DNA of 64,000 nucleotides from a virus (lineage: Duplodnaviria; Caudoviricetes). Under the pieces are notes generated by a model that was not told where the DNA came from, made no database searches, and was given only the letters and a program-made list of their open reading frames with translations. Numbering within the stretch: the first letter of the stretch is position 1; every line of letters starts with the position of its first letter. The DNA lies in IMG/VR virus record IMGVR_UViG_2595698952_000001, positions 1 to 64,000 of that record; one strand, 5' to 3'. Shown in pieces: positions 1 to 10,459 of the stretch. The translations under genes were made by a program, and so were the position numbers.

Positions 1-231
1 AAGAACCAGCTGGATCTCGAGTATCGAACGCAATCTAACGAATTGGCAATTGAGAAAGAGAGGTTATCCCTACAGAACAAGCGAGAGGAAAATGAAATCA
101 AACAACGGGCAGAAGTCCGCAAAGACCAATATGAGGCGCGTTCGATTCATCGTAAGGACGGGTCAGAGTTCTTAAAGGCAATCCCTGCGTTTATGGCGGC
201 TGGTGTCGCAGTGATAGGGATGCTAATGTAG
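1..231 (+). CDS. 5'-truncated coiled-coil protein with C-terminal hydrophobic anchor (position of phiKZ gp122-like gene)
   Basis: Frame is open from base 1. Charged coiled-coil ends in AIPAFMAAGVAVIGMLM. Lies directly upstream of the RNAP subunit. Confidence 0.6.
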   Translation, partial: KNQLDLEYRTQSNELAIEKERLSLQNKREENEIKQRAEVRKDQYEARSIHRKDGSEFLKAIPAFMAAGVAVIGMLM

Positions 232-243
232 GGAGGCCATGCA

Positions 244-2019
244 GTGTTTAAAGATGCGATAAGAAAGATTAAGGAAGACGGTAAGATTGTCCCCTTCAAT
301 CGTGCAATCGCGGAAGGTGTCGGCTACACGCAGGCAAAAGACGGGATACATGACCGTGTGCATCAGATTCTGCGACGTGAGTTAACTCATGACCGGATTG
401 AGAACCCACGCTTACCCGAAGGTCTGTCTGTGTTGAACGTCCGCCACATGGCTCCGTTTGAATCATTTATCTACAAACTGTCCAAGTCAGACAGCAACCG
501 TGCGGGAAGAGGGCGTACAGCGCTGTCAATCGCTGCCACGGACACGTACATGGTCATGGCTACCTTCCGTATACCGGGAGACGGTCGTCCTACGTCGCGT
601 CCAATTAGCCTGCCGTTTATACGGCGTGGCGGTCTCATGAATTACTTCGGTACCACGTATCACGTTGCGCCGGTAATTCACCAACCGGGTATCTGTCGTG
701 AACATGGCGGTATTTTCATCAACTTTGACTTCACTCGTAAAGTCTCGTTGAAGTTCTGTAAGAAACCAACGAAGATTTTGGTGAATGGCATGAAGGAGGA
801 ATTGTTCCTGCCGGGTACGTCGAACTTGTTCGTCTCGAAAAACCCGATAGGTCACGATACCGACGAAAAACCATTGATGTATTGGATGTTCGGACGTTAT
901 GGCTTTAAGGAAGCCGTTAAGCGTTACACCGGTGTTGACGTTAACATCTGGCCTGCATTCAAAGTACCCGATCTCGACTTGAATAAAGTTGCGGTAATAG
1001 GTTCGGGCGAACAACAGTACAACCGTCAGATTCAATACGTCGTAACGGTGCCTGTTGACGCATTACCGAATCTCCACAACACACGTTGGGATCAGAACGA
1101 ACACTCCCTGTTGATTGCCGTCTCTGCGTTCTTTAAAGCGGCGCACTATTACGCCAGCAAGCAGAACAGCAAAGGGGGTCGTGCTCCAACCCTTCCGGCA
1201 CTGTTTACCCAGATAAACGAATTCGCGATGGATGAAGACATTGCTAACTTGAACTCTCCGGCAATTTGGAAGGAGATTCTTGGTCGCAGTATCCTCGGCA
1301 TGAAACCATCCGACATCGAACTGGGTCGTAGCATGGGCAGCCACTTTGTGGAATGCGAACGCTATGTGAACAGTACCTTCCGTGGCGAACTGATGGCAAA
1401 CGATCCGAACATCCCTGATGACATGGATATGTTTGACTTTCTCTGGTATACCACGCAGATGATGGTACGTACTCGCCTGACCAAACAAGAAGACATCCCG
1501 TCGATGTATGGCAAGCGTTTAACGGTAACCGATTATCTGCTGCTGGGACAGCGTGGCTTTACCACAACGATCTCGAAGATACGTTGGCGTCTGGGCCAGA
1601 TGGAAAACCGTACCCCGGAATCCTGCTCGAAAGCGATTCGTGATGCGCTGAACAAAGAGATTGTGCTGAATCTGGTGTTGCGTAACATCACCGGTAACGG
1701 CGGTATCAGTTTCTTTAACGCCTCCACGGAATCAATGGTATTAGCTGTCTCGACTCACGCGATTGGCCAAACGGAAACGGATGCCAAGCGTACGAAGAAA
1801 GGCGGTAAAACGGTGAACCTGAATGACCGTACGAAGCACGCTTCTGCGTCGCATCTGGAATGTGGTAACGTCTACTATATTCCCAAGTCGGCACCATTCA
1901 AGTCCAACATCCTCAACCCGTACATGAAGACGAACCTTCACTTGGTGATGGTACGTAATCCGAAGTTGGCTCCGTACATCAAGCCAACCGAAGAAGACAT
2001 TGCAAAAATCGGCCGTTAA
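244..2019 (+). CDS. Non-virion RNA polymerase beta subunit, N-terminal part (phiKZ gp123-like)
   Basis: 591 aa, GTG start after GGAGG. Motifs ISLPFIRRGGLMNYFGTTYHVAPV, SMYGKRL and HASASHLECG...NILNPY recall this family, and synteny with the portal fits. Confidence 0.75.
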   Translation: MFKDAIRKIKEDGKIVPFNRAIAEGVGYTQAKDGIHDRVHQILRRELTHDRIENPRLPEGLSVLNVRHMAPFESFIYKLSKSDSNRAGRGRTALSIAATDTYMVMATFRIPGDGRPTSRPISLPFIRRGGLMNYFGTTYHVAPVIHQPGICREHGGIFINFDFTRKVSLKFCKKPTKILVNGMKEELFLPGTSNLFVSKNPIGHDTDEKPLMYWMFGRYGFKEAVKRYTGVDVNIWPAFKVPDLDLNKVAVIGSGEQQYNRQIQYVVTVPVDALPNLHNTRWDQNEHSLLIAVSAFFKAAHYYASKQNSKGGRAPTLPALFTQINEFAMDEDIANLNSPAIWKEILGRSILGMKPSDIELGRSMGSHFVECERYVNSTFRGELMANDPNIPDDMDMFDFLWYTTQMMVRTRLTKQEDIPSMYGKRLTVTDYLLLGQRGFTTTISKIRWRLGQMENRTPESCSKAIRDALNKEIVLNLVLRNITGNGGISFFNASTESMVLAVSTHAIGQTETDAKRTKKGGKTVNLNDRTKHASASHLECGNVYYIPKSAPFKSNILNPYMKTNLHLVMVRNPKLAPYIKPTEEDIAKIGR

Positions 2020-2050
2020 CAGTTTTCCCCATTAAGGAGTATGAATTAGA

Positions 2051-3682
2051 ATGAGCATCACTATCGAAGAAGTCACTAACGTCCTGAAGCAGAACCTGTC
2101 CCGCGACAACGTGTTGGCCACGCTGAACCAGGTGATGACTGACAACGGTATGTCTCCCGATCAGGGTTTGAAGGTGGCACGCGCCGTAGGTATCTACGCA
2201 CAGGCCAAGAAGCTGAACAATCAGCAGGTTATTCAGTACATCATCGATGCGTACAAAGCCTGTGTGTATCAATCTATCGCCGCAAAAGGCAATACGTTCT
2301 CAAGCGACATCCACGGTAAGCTGATGTCGATGTGGGGTGATGTGGAGAAGATTATCCAGATCCTGCGTAACGCTAACAGCGGTGGTGGTTTAGGTGGCGG
2401 TGGAATCGGTGGGTCTGGTGGTGGCATCCGTGTCTCCGAAGGACTGACCTTGTCTGCGCCGGAAGTAGGGGTAAGTGCCCAAGCGTCTGCCGGGTTGAAA
2501 GTCGTTATGCCGCAAACCGATCTCGATTTCGGTAGCGATAATGGGCTGACTTTCGTGAACGAAGCTCCGACTCAGCAAACGCCTGTGGCCCCACAACCGG
2601 CAGTAGTCGATCCAGCAACCGCACCGCAAGCTACTATCAACTTTAATGCACCTGTTAACAACCCAATCGGTGCCGCGACTTCTAAGGGACAGAACATGAG
2701 CATGAACGATCCAGTCATTAACATTTTGCAGGAGATTGAAGTGGAAGATTACGCAGCTCACGAACTGGTAGCACCAGTCGAGAAAACCAGCGTACCAGCG
2801 AAGGAAGCGAACAGCCGCATCAAGTCTTCGCAGTATGCAGAATCGCGTGACTGGGTTAGCCCGCTGCAAAGCATCATTTCAGGTGAAGATGAAATCGTGC
2901 TGTACAAAGGGGCTGGTATTATCGTGCGTGCGCGTGACAGCTACCGTCCGTATCTGGTTGGTACCACCGAAGCCAGCGTGAATGTGATGCGTGAATTCCT
3001 GGCAACACACAACGCCGCGAAAAGCGATCTCGACGGTCTGACCGAAGTGAACGACGTAGAAAAACTGATGGATCGTGTCATGAAAACCATCAGCAAACTG
3101 CGTGGCGCTGCAAAGGCAATCCATGACTTCGCATTAGAGAAATCTGATGAGCCCGAAGTGGTGGTGTCTGAAGTTGCTCGTTTCGCCAATGCGTATCTGG
3201 CGAACCTGACCCTGCTTATCCACAACGGCATCTCGCTGGGTACTAACCACGGTACTGACGTCCCAACCGTACCGGGTATCTCGCTGGAACGTGCACCGGA
3301 CGACATCAACTGGTTTGCAAGCGACCTCTACACCCAGACTACCGGGGGTAACGGCGTAAGCGAGCACGAAGATTTCTTCCGTGACCTGTTCCTGACAGTG
3401 GCTAACTCTATCCGTAAGTTGACGCTGAAACTGGATGATAAAGGTCAGGTTGTAAATCTGGTGCAGAGCTGCATCACTGTCGTGGTACCGGGCATGTATC
3501 AATCTGTGAGCAAATATCACATGGTTGAAATGGCCTCGTTGGGTAATGCCTCTGAGCCGGTGATCGCGATTTACGAAGCACTGCAAAACGATGTACCGCA
3601 CTCGCAGGTTATCCTGCAAGTACCACAAGGTCAGTTCCTGTTGCTGAGCAACGGCGAACCAACTGCGCCGGTACGCTACTAA
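2051..3682 (+). CDS. Hypothetical phage protein with Gly-rich and Pro/Gln/Ala-rich central linker
   Basis: 543 aa ORF, AAGGAG RBS, followed by a terminator. Confidence 0.8.
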   Translation: MSITIEEVTNVLKQNLSRDNVLATLNQVMTDNGMSPDQGLKVARAVGIYAQAKKLNNQQVIQYIIDAYKACVYQSIAAKGNTFSSDIHGKLMSMWGDVEKIIQILRNANSGGGLGGGGIGGSGGGIRVSEGLTLSAPEVGVSAQASAGLKVVMPQTDLDFGSDNGLTFVNEAPTQQTPVAPQPAVVDPATAPQATINFNAPVNNPIGAATSKGQNMSMNDPVINILQEIEVEDYAAHELVAPVEKTSVPAKEANSRIKSSQYAESRDWVSPLQSIISGEDEIVLYKGAGIIVRARDSYRPYLVGTTEASVNVMREFLATHNAAKSDLDGLTEVNDVEKLMDRVMKTISKLRGAAKAIHDFALEKSDEPEVVVSEVARFANAYLANLTLLIHNGISLGTNHGTDVPTVPGISLERAPDDINWFASDLYTQTTGGNGVSEHEDFFRDLFLTVANSIRKLTLKLDDKGQVVNLVQSCITVVVPGMYQSVSKYHMVEMASLGNASEPVIAIYEALQNDVPHSQVILQVPQGQFLLLSNGEPTAPVRY

Positions 3683-3688
3683 CAGATA

Positions 3689-3719
3689 AGGGAACCTTCG
3701 GGTTCCCTCTTCTTTTTTT
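3689..3719 (+). terminator. Intrinsic terminator
   Basis: AGGGAACC-TTCG-GGTTCCCT followed by a T-run. Confidence 0.9.
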
Positions 3720-3759
3720 AAGCGCTTATTATAGAGTAGCTCTATAGTGAGGTTAGAGT

Positions 3760-4068
3760 ATGGTCAAGTTGATTGTGATAAACCTGGACTTTGATCGCAG
3801 TGTCAGATTCCGCTTTGAATTACCCGACACGAAAGCCACGGAAGCGTTCTTAGTCCACTTTCGCAAGTCAAAGACTACCATTAATCATGGGCGTCGCTGG
3901 ATTATCTATTATAACGCCCGTGAGACGCTCTTACAGGCGATTCGTGTAGGAAAGCTTACCGATGTATTGGAAAAGCTCAAAGCCTTTGAGAATGACACTC
4001 TGGCGATTGGTATCATGATTGACGAGCCAGCGAACAAACCCAAAGAGCCGACACTTGATGACGAATAA
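3760..4068 (+). CDS. Hypothetical protein
   Basis: 102 aa, GAGG RBS, flanked by terminators. Confidence 0.7.
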   Translation: MVKLIVINLDFDRSVRFRFELPDTKATEAFLVHFRKSKTTINHGRRWIIYYNARETLLQAIRVGKLTDVLEKLKAFENDTLAIGIMIDEPANKPKEPTLDDE

Positions 4069-4115
4069 AAAAAGAATACCTACTCCCGAAGGAGTAGGTA
4101 CCTTTATTTTTTTTT
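4067..4115. terminator. Bidirectional intrinsic terminator
   Basis: A-run, TACCTACTCC-CGAA-GGAGTAGGTA, T-run, between convergent genes. Confidence 0.9.
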
Positions 4116-4118
4116 GCC

Positions 4119-6842
4119 TTAGAGCGGAATATCGTCGTCGTTTTGATCGTCGGTATTCGCGTCATCGGTATTGGCATTGTCGTCCGTGTTAGCGTTGTCA
4201 TCCAACAGGGTGTTGTTATCGCTACCGTCACCGTTGTTATCGTCATCTAACCCGGTATCCGTACCGTCACCGTCCATGTTCAGATCGTCATCACCGCCAA
4301 GACCGCCATCATCTCCACCGGTGTTGTTGTCATCGAAACCACCCGCACCCGCAGCATTCTCATCGAGGTCAGCGGCTTTCGCCAGCGTTTCGATTTTACC
4401 CGTAACACGCTTCGCCAGCTGGATAAGGGTTTTGCTTCCGGCCGCCACTTCATCCGAAATCGACTTGACGTTATCTGCACGCTTCTCATCGTCGTAGATA
4501 AGGTCAAAGAAGTCATTCTCAATCCCTTGCTTACGCAGCCAGTTACGGGCGTAGTAGGTTTTAAGCATGGTCTTCAGGTCGTCTGGTGAAATACCGATAC
4601 CTTCGTTCTGCAAGCTGTTGGACATGTCGTCCGTCACAACCAAGTCAGCCAGCTTCTCGAAGAACTCCATGCGCTTATCAAACAGATCCATTTGCGAAGA
4701 AGCCGCAGAGGTGTCCGGTGGTGGCAACGTAACTTTCATGCCATTGATAAACTTCGCCAGAATCTCAGAGGTCTGTTTGGTCAAACCGTCTGTGGTGATA
4801 CCTGGGTCTGTGGTCTTCAGGTGCTCTACAATGATTTTCAGCAACGCTGATTGCAATGCAGGGGATGCCTGAATGGAGTTGGTCACGTACCGGGTCAGTG
4901 GGGTGGATAAGATTTCCTGCTTCTTGGTAATCTGCTGAGTAACCAACAGGGACTTCGAGAAAATCTGCGAGGCGAACTCGAGGTTTTCTGGAGTCAACAC
5001 CAGGTCAGGGTCAACACCGGCGATGTGACAGGTACGACGCAGTAACGTTTCATCAAACTCCGCATCCGGGGCTTTATACTCCGGGGTGGTGTCTGACTGG
5101 GTAATTTTGTGACTCGCGTAGTAGTCATTACCGGTAACGTTAAAGGCCAAGCCTGCGTTCGAGGCCATTGACCAGATGTCGTTCATGTCCCCCCACTGCG
5201 GCATCCTGCGGTTGTAGGAGTTGATGATGTCAGACTTCGCCTGGTCAACCGTTTTCTGACCGTTCATATCGTCCGGTGACAGTTCAATGTCGAACTGCAT
5301 GTGACGTGCCGAGTTCAGAATCGCGGTGTTCATGGTGGCAAACAGCAACGCCATACGCACAGACGAGATAATGAAAGAACGCTCAGTAATCGACACACCG
5401 ATACCGTCTTCATCGAAGTCGGTCGCGAAGTAGCACAGGTTGCCCGCAGGAATGTAGATAACCTGCGTGTGACGTTTCGCCAGATGACGGGCTAACATGA
5501 TACGACCAAAGGTTTCGGTCACAGTCATGCTCAGCTCAGCCCCACCCAACGCATCACCCAGTGCTTTGGTCAGCTGGTCTTCGGCAATCTCACCGTAACG
5601 GGCAGTCAGACGGGCAGCAATGTCGGGCGTAACCCGACTGCTATTACCCATGCCGATGTTTGCACGGTTGATGATACTGTCGTTCATCCCGTCGTTGTTC
5701 AGGTAGTTCATAAAGTTCGCATCGCCATACAGCGAAGAACGCGAGTTAATGAAGTTACCCATTTCATCAACGATAGCCAGATAGCCAATCGGATTTCGGA
5801 CATCATCACCGATAACCAGTGGTAGGGTCGATTCCGCAGGCAGCAGACGTTCGATGTATTCGATTTTGTTCGGGTCAGCCATGGAGATGGTTGGGACTTC
5901 CCCGTACATCTTGACCTGTGGCGTTTCCTTATATGCTTCGTTCAAATCCCCCAGGTTGACCAAGCCCTGTTTGGCAGCTTGTTCATCACGGTCTTTAAAC
6001 GCGTCTGCATCGTACTGAGAACCACCCGACGGTGTGCTCGGCTGTTCATATGCGTACTGCTCTAACTGACCGTACAGCTGCGTACGTGCGTTCTCTTGCG
6101 CGACGCGCTCGTAGGCCAGAGGTAGCATCATGATGCGGGGGTTATCGGTCAGTGTCAGGTCGAGTTTGAAATCGCTGGAGAAGCACTTATCGCCTTTACC
6201 GAAGTCCAGTGTAAAGGTTTGGGGTTTTGGACGACGGGCTTCCCCACGGGCACGGCCCAGGATACTTTCTACCCCGACCTTTGGTGCTTTCTCAGGATTG
6301 ACATCACCGAGAATACCCAGCTGTGCTTCAAAGAAGTCCGCTTGCGATTTCTTGGTGGACTCTTGTGCCACACTCGGCTTTAAGCCAAAGAGTTCGTCAA
6401 AGCCGGTGTCTGACAGAATCATCACCGGTGAGGCACCTTTGGATTTCAGCGCATCGTACATCCACTGGTACAGTTTCTTCGGCAGGTCGCGTGCTTTGTC
6501 GTGGAACTCACGTACCGGTTCCAACATTGCCACCCGTAAATCAATCGGGATATCCGCAGTGTTGTCGTAAATCAGTGTCGTGTTAATCAAATCTTTTGTG
6601 GACAGGAGTGATGACGTCGCAATGGTGACGATTATCTCCAGTTCCGGTAACGCATCGAAAATACGCTCAGCATTTTTGACTGTGCGGATGCGCGAACTCG
6701 CTATCCCGGTGAGTTCTGACCGGGTGGGTGTTACACCGCCTTCTTCACGCTTACCACGCTCTTGCGAGGCAGAGGGGCCTGTGCTTTTACGCAAGACCGC
6801 TGAAATGGCGGGGTCGCCCGTTAATTTACTATAATCGTCCAT
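4119..6842 (-). CDS. Portal protein (phiKZ gp129-like)
   Basis: 907 aa, divergent from the gp128-like gene as in phiKZ-like phages. Acidic Gly/Asp-rich C-terminal tail. AQE-S and AQE-N candidate maturation sites. Confidence 0.75.
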   Translation of the reverse strand: MDDYSKLTGDPAISAVLRKSTGPSASQERGKREEGGVTPTRSELTGIASSRIRTVKNAERIFDALPELEIIVTIATSSLLSTKDLINTTLIYDNTADIPIDLRVAMLEPVREFHDKARDLPKKLYQWMYDALKSKGASPVMILSDTGFDELFGLKPSVAQESTKKSQADFFEAQLGILGDVNPEKAPKVGVESILGRARGEARRPKPQTFTLDFGKGDKCFSSDFKLDLTLTDNPRIMMLPLAYERVAQENARTQLYGQLEQYAYEQPSTPSGGSQYDADAFKDRDEQAAKQGLVNLGDLNEAYKETPQVKMYGEVPTISMADPNKIEYIERLLPAESTLPLVIGDDVRNPIGYLAIVDEMGNFINSRSSLYGDANFMNYLNNDGMNDSIINRANIGMGNSSRVTPDIAARLTARYGEIAEDQLTKALGDALGGAELSMTVTETFGRIMLARHLAKRHTQVIYIPAGNLCYFATDFDEDGIGVSITERSFIISSVRMALLFATMNTAILNSARHMQFDIELSPDDMNGQKTVDQAKSDIINSYNRRMPQWGDMNDIWSMASNAGLAFNVTGNDYYASHKITQSDTTPEYKAPDAEFDETLLRRTCHIAGVDPDLVLTPENLEFASQIFSKSLLVTQQITKKQEILSTPLTRYVTNSIQASPALQSALLKIIVEHLKTTDPGITTDGLTKQTSEILAKFINGMKVTLPPPDTSAASSQMDLFDKRMEFFEKLADLVVTDDMSNSLQNEGIGISPDDLKTMLKTYYARNWLRKQGIENDFFDLIYDDEKRADNVKSISDEVAAGSKTLIQLAKRVTGKIETLAKAADLDENAAGAGGFDDNNTGGDDGGLGGDDDLNMDGDGTDTGLDDDNNGDGSDNNTLLDDNANTDDNANTDDANTDDQNDDDIPL

Positions 6843-6853
6843 TGGGGTCTCCG

Positions 6854-9043
6854 ATGCAGAGATTTAACATATTTCGAGATCAGGCCATCGCCCTCGCCAA
6901 ATCCTTGATTATCAAATCGGATTCGATTGCGAAGCAGATGAACCTGGCAATTACAGAGAGTGGCGGATACGTTTCCGATAACCGCGCAACGTGGCGTTAC
7001 TACCAGCACTTGGCCGGGCAACGTCACGCCATTGATAAACCGATTTATATCACGTCGTTAGACAGCGCTAACAACGAGCAGATAGAACTCACGACAGCGA
7101 ACCTGTCTCGTCATAAAAAGACCTCTAACGTTTACCGATCGAACCCCGAGTACATCGACCAGTTGATTCTCAACAATCTCGAATACGCGGTGTATATCCG
7201 TGGGGTGTTCTGGCCGGTGGATTTGGCCTACGCATTGCGCGTAGATGACTGTTCTATTCTGTATTACGACTCCGCGTTAGTGGAGTCCCAGGAGACGTCG
7301 TTAATTCCGTCTCTGGAAGCCCGTATCCGGGCACTGCATGTGCGGTACATGGCAGAAGGGTGGAAAGTCCATAACGATGCGTTCGTGCTGGCGTTCTATT
7401 CGATTCTGTTCCCGAACCTGCCGGGTATCATTATCTACCTGCGCGGGACAATGCAGCACACCACAGAAACGCACAGCTACTACGTCACGGAATTCCTGGC
7501 CTCTCACCAGGAGCTGCATGAGTTTATGCCGTACCTGACGCAGAAGCAGAAGTTTATTCTGTACCGCAACATCCGTTACTGGGAACGCAACTCAGGTAAA
7601 GAGGAAATCTTTAGCTGGCAGATTGACGCGCTCTTGACCGGATGGGGAATGCCTGCGGTGGGCTATAAAGTGGGTCAACAGATTCACGACCCGACCACCG
7701 GCAGTGACGATGACCTGTCACCGTTACCGATTGGCTACCAACAGTCACTCAACTACACCGAGAAAGATTCTGGGCGTGATTTAGACCTGGTTACCACCAC
7801 GGACATCATCCAGAAAGAAGTTGGGTTGGCTTATAACAACGCGGTATACGAACCGGAATACCAAACGGCGCTCGATACCCGACTGTCGTTGACCCAGTAT
7901 CCGAACCTGCCAACGAAACTCGTTGAGGTCACGGCCGTTGACCCCGAAGCTATCGAACGTTTTGAATTCATTCATAACCTCTTTAATGAATGGGTGCATT
8001 TGGTGGCCGAAGGGAAATACAACATCTACCACGAAATCCTTAACCCGACCAACGGGGATACTTTAAAACTGTCATCAAAAGAACTGCTCGCTCTGTTCTT
8101 GTATGCCAGCTATAAAGGTTACTCGGATGTTGCACTGGAAACCATCCCGGTGTTCAACGTATTTGGGGTGTTGATTAAACGCTGGGTACCGTTCACGGAA
8201 ATGGAGCAGCACCTTATCCCGAGCTGGGATAAACGCTTTGATGCCCTGATTAACTACTACACCGACACCCACACTGAGGTGATTGGCAGCGTAGGCTCTG
8301 CGGATGAACTCTACGATAACATCACGGAGATTATCACGCAGAAGCGCCGCCGGTGGCGTTACGGTAAGAACCGTCGCAAGTTAAAAGACCGTGCAGCGGG
8401 CGAGATGTTGTTTGCTTACCATTACCGCGACTACAAATGCGACCTGAAAATGTCGTATACCAGCTACGACCAGTTTTTCAAAACCTTCGGGTTTGATTAC
8501 ACACTGGTTTCAGCTGAGACGTGGCAGGATATCGCAACCGATGCGTTGAACGTTGCCACCAACATGGAAACCCGTGCGACTATCTCGCAGTCAGAGATTC
8601 AGCGGGCCATGGTACGGTTGATGACGAAGCTTTCTTCGTACACGGTTCACTTCGCTGCCCGTATGGGGTCTGATTCCTACGATGTGATGGACCCATTGTG
8701 TCCGATACTGGATGATATCCCCGCCAGTGGTGAAGGTACTGTTGATATCGTGGAGCCGTTGTTAGGCATCCAACGTGTCAGTCGTAACCAGTTCATGACC
8801 ACCGACACCGTTTTACCGGCCGCGCCGGTTATTAAATCGTTGGCAATTCCCCAACGCATCAAGCTTCGGATGAACGTTTACATGGGTATCCGTGTGAAAG
8901 TCAACCAAGAGGTGGTGGTCGATGTTAACCAACCGTCCGTGGATGTGATTCGCGTCCGGACGTCGTCTGATGAGTGGTCATTGAGCGAACGTGTGCCGCA
9001 AGGCGTGCTCGATGGTTTCCACCTCGACCAATTACCAAAGTGA
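6854..9043 (+). CDS. Virion structural protein (phiKZ gp128-like, probably tail/baseplate)
   Basis: Likely ATG at 6854 (MQRFNIF...). Motifs WRYYQHLAG, ITSLD, FILYRNIRYWERNSGK and LPTKLVE, plus synteny. Confidence 0.7.
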   Translation: MQRFNIFRDQAIALAKSLIIKSDSIAKQMNLAITESGGYVSDNRATWRYYQHLAGQRHAIDKPIYITSLDSANNEQIELTTANLSRHKKTSNVYRSNPEYIDQLILNNLEYAVYIRGVFWPVDLAYALRVDDCSILYYDSALVESQETSLIPSLEARIRALHVRYMAEGWKVHNDAFVLAFYSILFPNLPGIIIYLRGTMQHTTETHSYYVTEFLASHQELHEFMPYLTQKQKFILYRNIRYWERNSGKEEIFSWQIDALLTGWGMPAVGYKVGQQIHDPTTGSDDDLSPLPIGYQQSLNYTEKDSGRDLDLVTTTDIIQKEVGLAYNNAVYEPEYQTALDTRLSLTQYPNLPTKLVEVTAVDPEAIERFEFIHNLFNEWVHLVAEGKYNIYHEILNPTNGDTLKLSSKELLALFLYASYKGYSDVALETIPVFNVFGVLIKRWVPFTEMEQHLIPSWDKRFDALINYYTDTHTEVIGSVGSADELYDNITEIITQKRRRWRYGKNRRKLKDRAAGEMLFAYHYRDYKCDLKMSYTSYDQFFKTFGFDYTLVSAETWQDIATDALNVATNMETRATISQSEIQRAMVRLMTKLSSYTVHFAARMGSDSYDVMDPLCPILDDIPASGEGTVDIVEPLLGIQRVSRNQFMTTDTVLPAAPVIKSLAIPQRIKLRMNVYMGIRVKVNQEVVVDVNQPSVDVIRVRTSSDEWSLSERVPQGVLDGFHLDQLPK

Positions 9044-9050
9044 GAGGCTT

Positions 9051-9572
9051 ATGGGATACCGTATTGATTTGACCAAACCCCCCAAGCAGATTCTGGTTGA
9101 CCGTTTTAACTACGTGTTCGGTCTATCCTATACTGCGGACAATTACGACTTCCACCCGGCAGGTGCTCAGCCCCTGACCAAAGAGGAAGTCCGTAAGAAA
9201 GGGGTCGAGTCTAAAGTTGCGGCGCGCTTTAAGAACGGCATTACCGGTCACCGTGAGTTTTACTTAACCCGTGCAGACTTGTCCAAGTTCCTTGTCGGGA
9301 TTGAAGTGGAAGTGCCGAAGGGTGCGGTAGAGTGGAGCCATGAACTCGCTCCCTACGTCATCGACCAGATTGGCTTAGACCTTGAGAAGTACGACATCAT
9401 GGTTGAGCCAATCACCGATGATATGGAAACGTATCAAGCTCGACTGATGCCAAATCACCTGTCTTTTAAAGGCACCATCACTATTGTATTTGTCGACCCG
9501 ACACCACGCTTGCTGGCGAACCTCGTCACGAAGCGGGCCTTGGATGGGTTCCTCTATGGAGTATTTCTATAA
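9051..9572 (+). CDS. Virion protein of the expanded paralog family
   Basis: ATG 9051 after GAGG. Same N-terminal architecture as the 41.6-47.7 kb paralogs; ends LLANLVTKRALDGFLY. Confidence 0.65.
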   Translation: MGYRIDLTKPPKQILVDRFNYVFGLSYTADNYDFHPAGAQPLTKEEVRKKGVESKVAARFKNGITGHREFYLTRADLSKFLVGIEVEVPKGAVEWSHELAPYVIDQIGLDLEKYDIMVEPITDDMETYQARLMPNHLSFKGTITIVFVDPTPRLLANLVTKRALDGFLYGVFL

Positions 9573-10459
9573 TGGCTAACACCAAAGTTTACGATGGTAA
9601 ACTCTCGACGGTGACGTTAAACGCAATGCGTCTGGCCACTGCGCTTATCATGGGTTGTGATGTTCAGTATCCGCAGAAGTCAACGCTGAACGAATATTAC
9701 AAGCTCCAGACGGCAAAGCTGCCTGACGGCACCGAACGCCCCCACCTCCAGTACCTGTCCATCGGTAACCGTGGTCACATGGTTGACCAGTCAGATGTGG
9801 TAGCAGACGTGGTGCCGGTGGCGAAGACGCCGATTACTTCCGGGATGTTCTCCCGTGTGCCATTGGTGCTGCGTACGTTGGACAATGACCTGTCTGACGA
9901 ACAGCGCAAGCAATACGCCTTCCGTAACCGTGAAACCATCAACGGTCGCGAATACTGGGCCTATTACCTGAAACGCATTGACATGCGTGCGGTGAAAACG
10001 ACCGACCTTGATATCACCCGTGAAAACGGCGTGGAGAAAATCGAAGACTTCGTGTACACCGATACAGAGCTGAACCCGGTACCGAAAGAGCTGCCGGATT
10101 ACGATTACGACGATGACGGCACCGTGGAAATCCCGGACGGTCGTTACGTGGAATCGGGCGCTGACCTGGTGATCCCATGGACCGAATTTGACGTCCAGGA
10201 ATACATGAACGTGACCAGCATCATGCGCGGCTCCCCACGCAGTTCTATCATCTCTGAGATTGCCTTAAGCTCCGGTATTGATACCGTGGCCACCGGTAAA
10301 TCTGCAACAGGTTCAGATTTCAGCTACGATGAAGCCATCGGCGTGCAAGCGCTGTACTACATCTCGCTGTTCACTAACCTGGCACAAACCAACGATCGTC
10401 TGTCGCTGACTATCCGTGTAGGCCAGCCTGCACCGTTCTTCTTGGGGACTGCATCTTAA
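9572..10459 (+). CDS. Virion structural protein (phiKZ gp139-like)
   Basis: 295 aa. Motifs STLNE, YLSIGNRGH, PLVLR...DLS and YWAYYLKRID; lies immediately before RuvC. Confidence 0.7.
   Translation: MANTKVYDGKLSTVTLNAMRLATALIMGCDVQYPQKSTLNEYYKLQTAKLPDGTERPHLQYLSIGNRGHMVDQSDVVADVVPVAKTPITSGMFSRVPLVLRTLDNDLSDEQRKQYAFRNRETINGREYWAYYLKRIDMRAVKTTDLDITRENGVEKIEDFVYTDTELNPVPKELPDYDYDDDGTVEIPDGRYVESGADLVIPWTEFDVQEYMNVTSIMRGSPRSSIISEIALSSGIDTVATGKSATGSDFSYDEAIGVQALYYISLFTNLAQTNDRLSLTIRVGQPAPFFLGTAS

Noticed and set aside
244-2019. Intron or intein interruption of the RNAP subunit
   Set aside because: Continuous ORF of expected size with no intein or homing endonuclease motifs.
6728-6853. 5' extension of the gp128-like ORF overlapping the portal
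   Set aside because: ATG 6854 has an RBS and avoids a head-to-head coding overlap; the extension looks non-protein-like.
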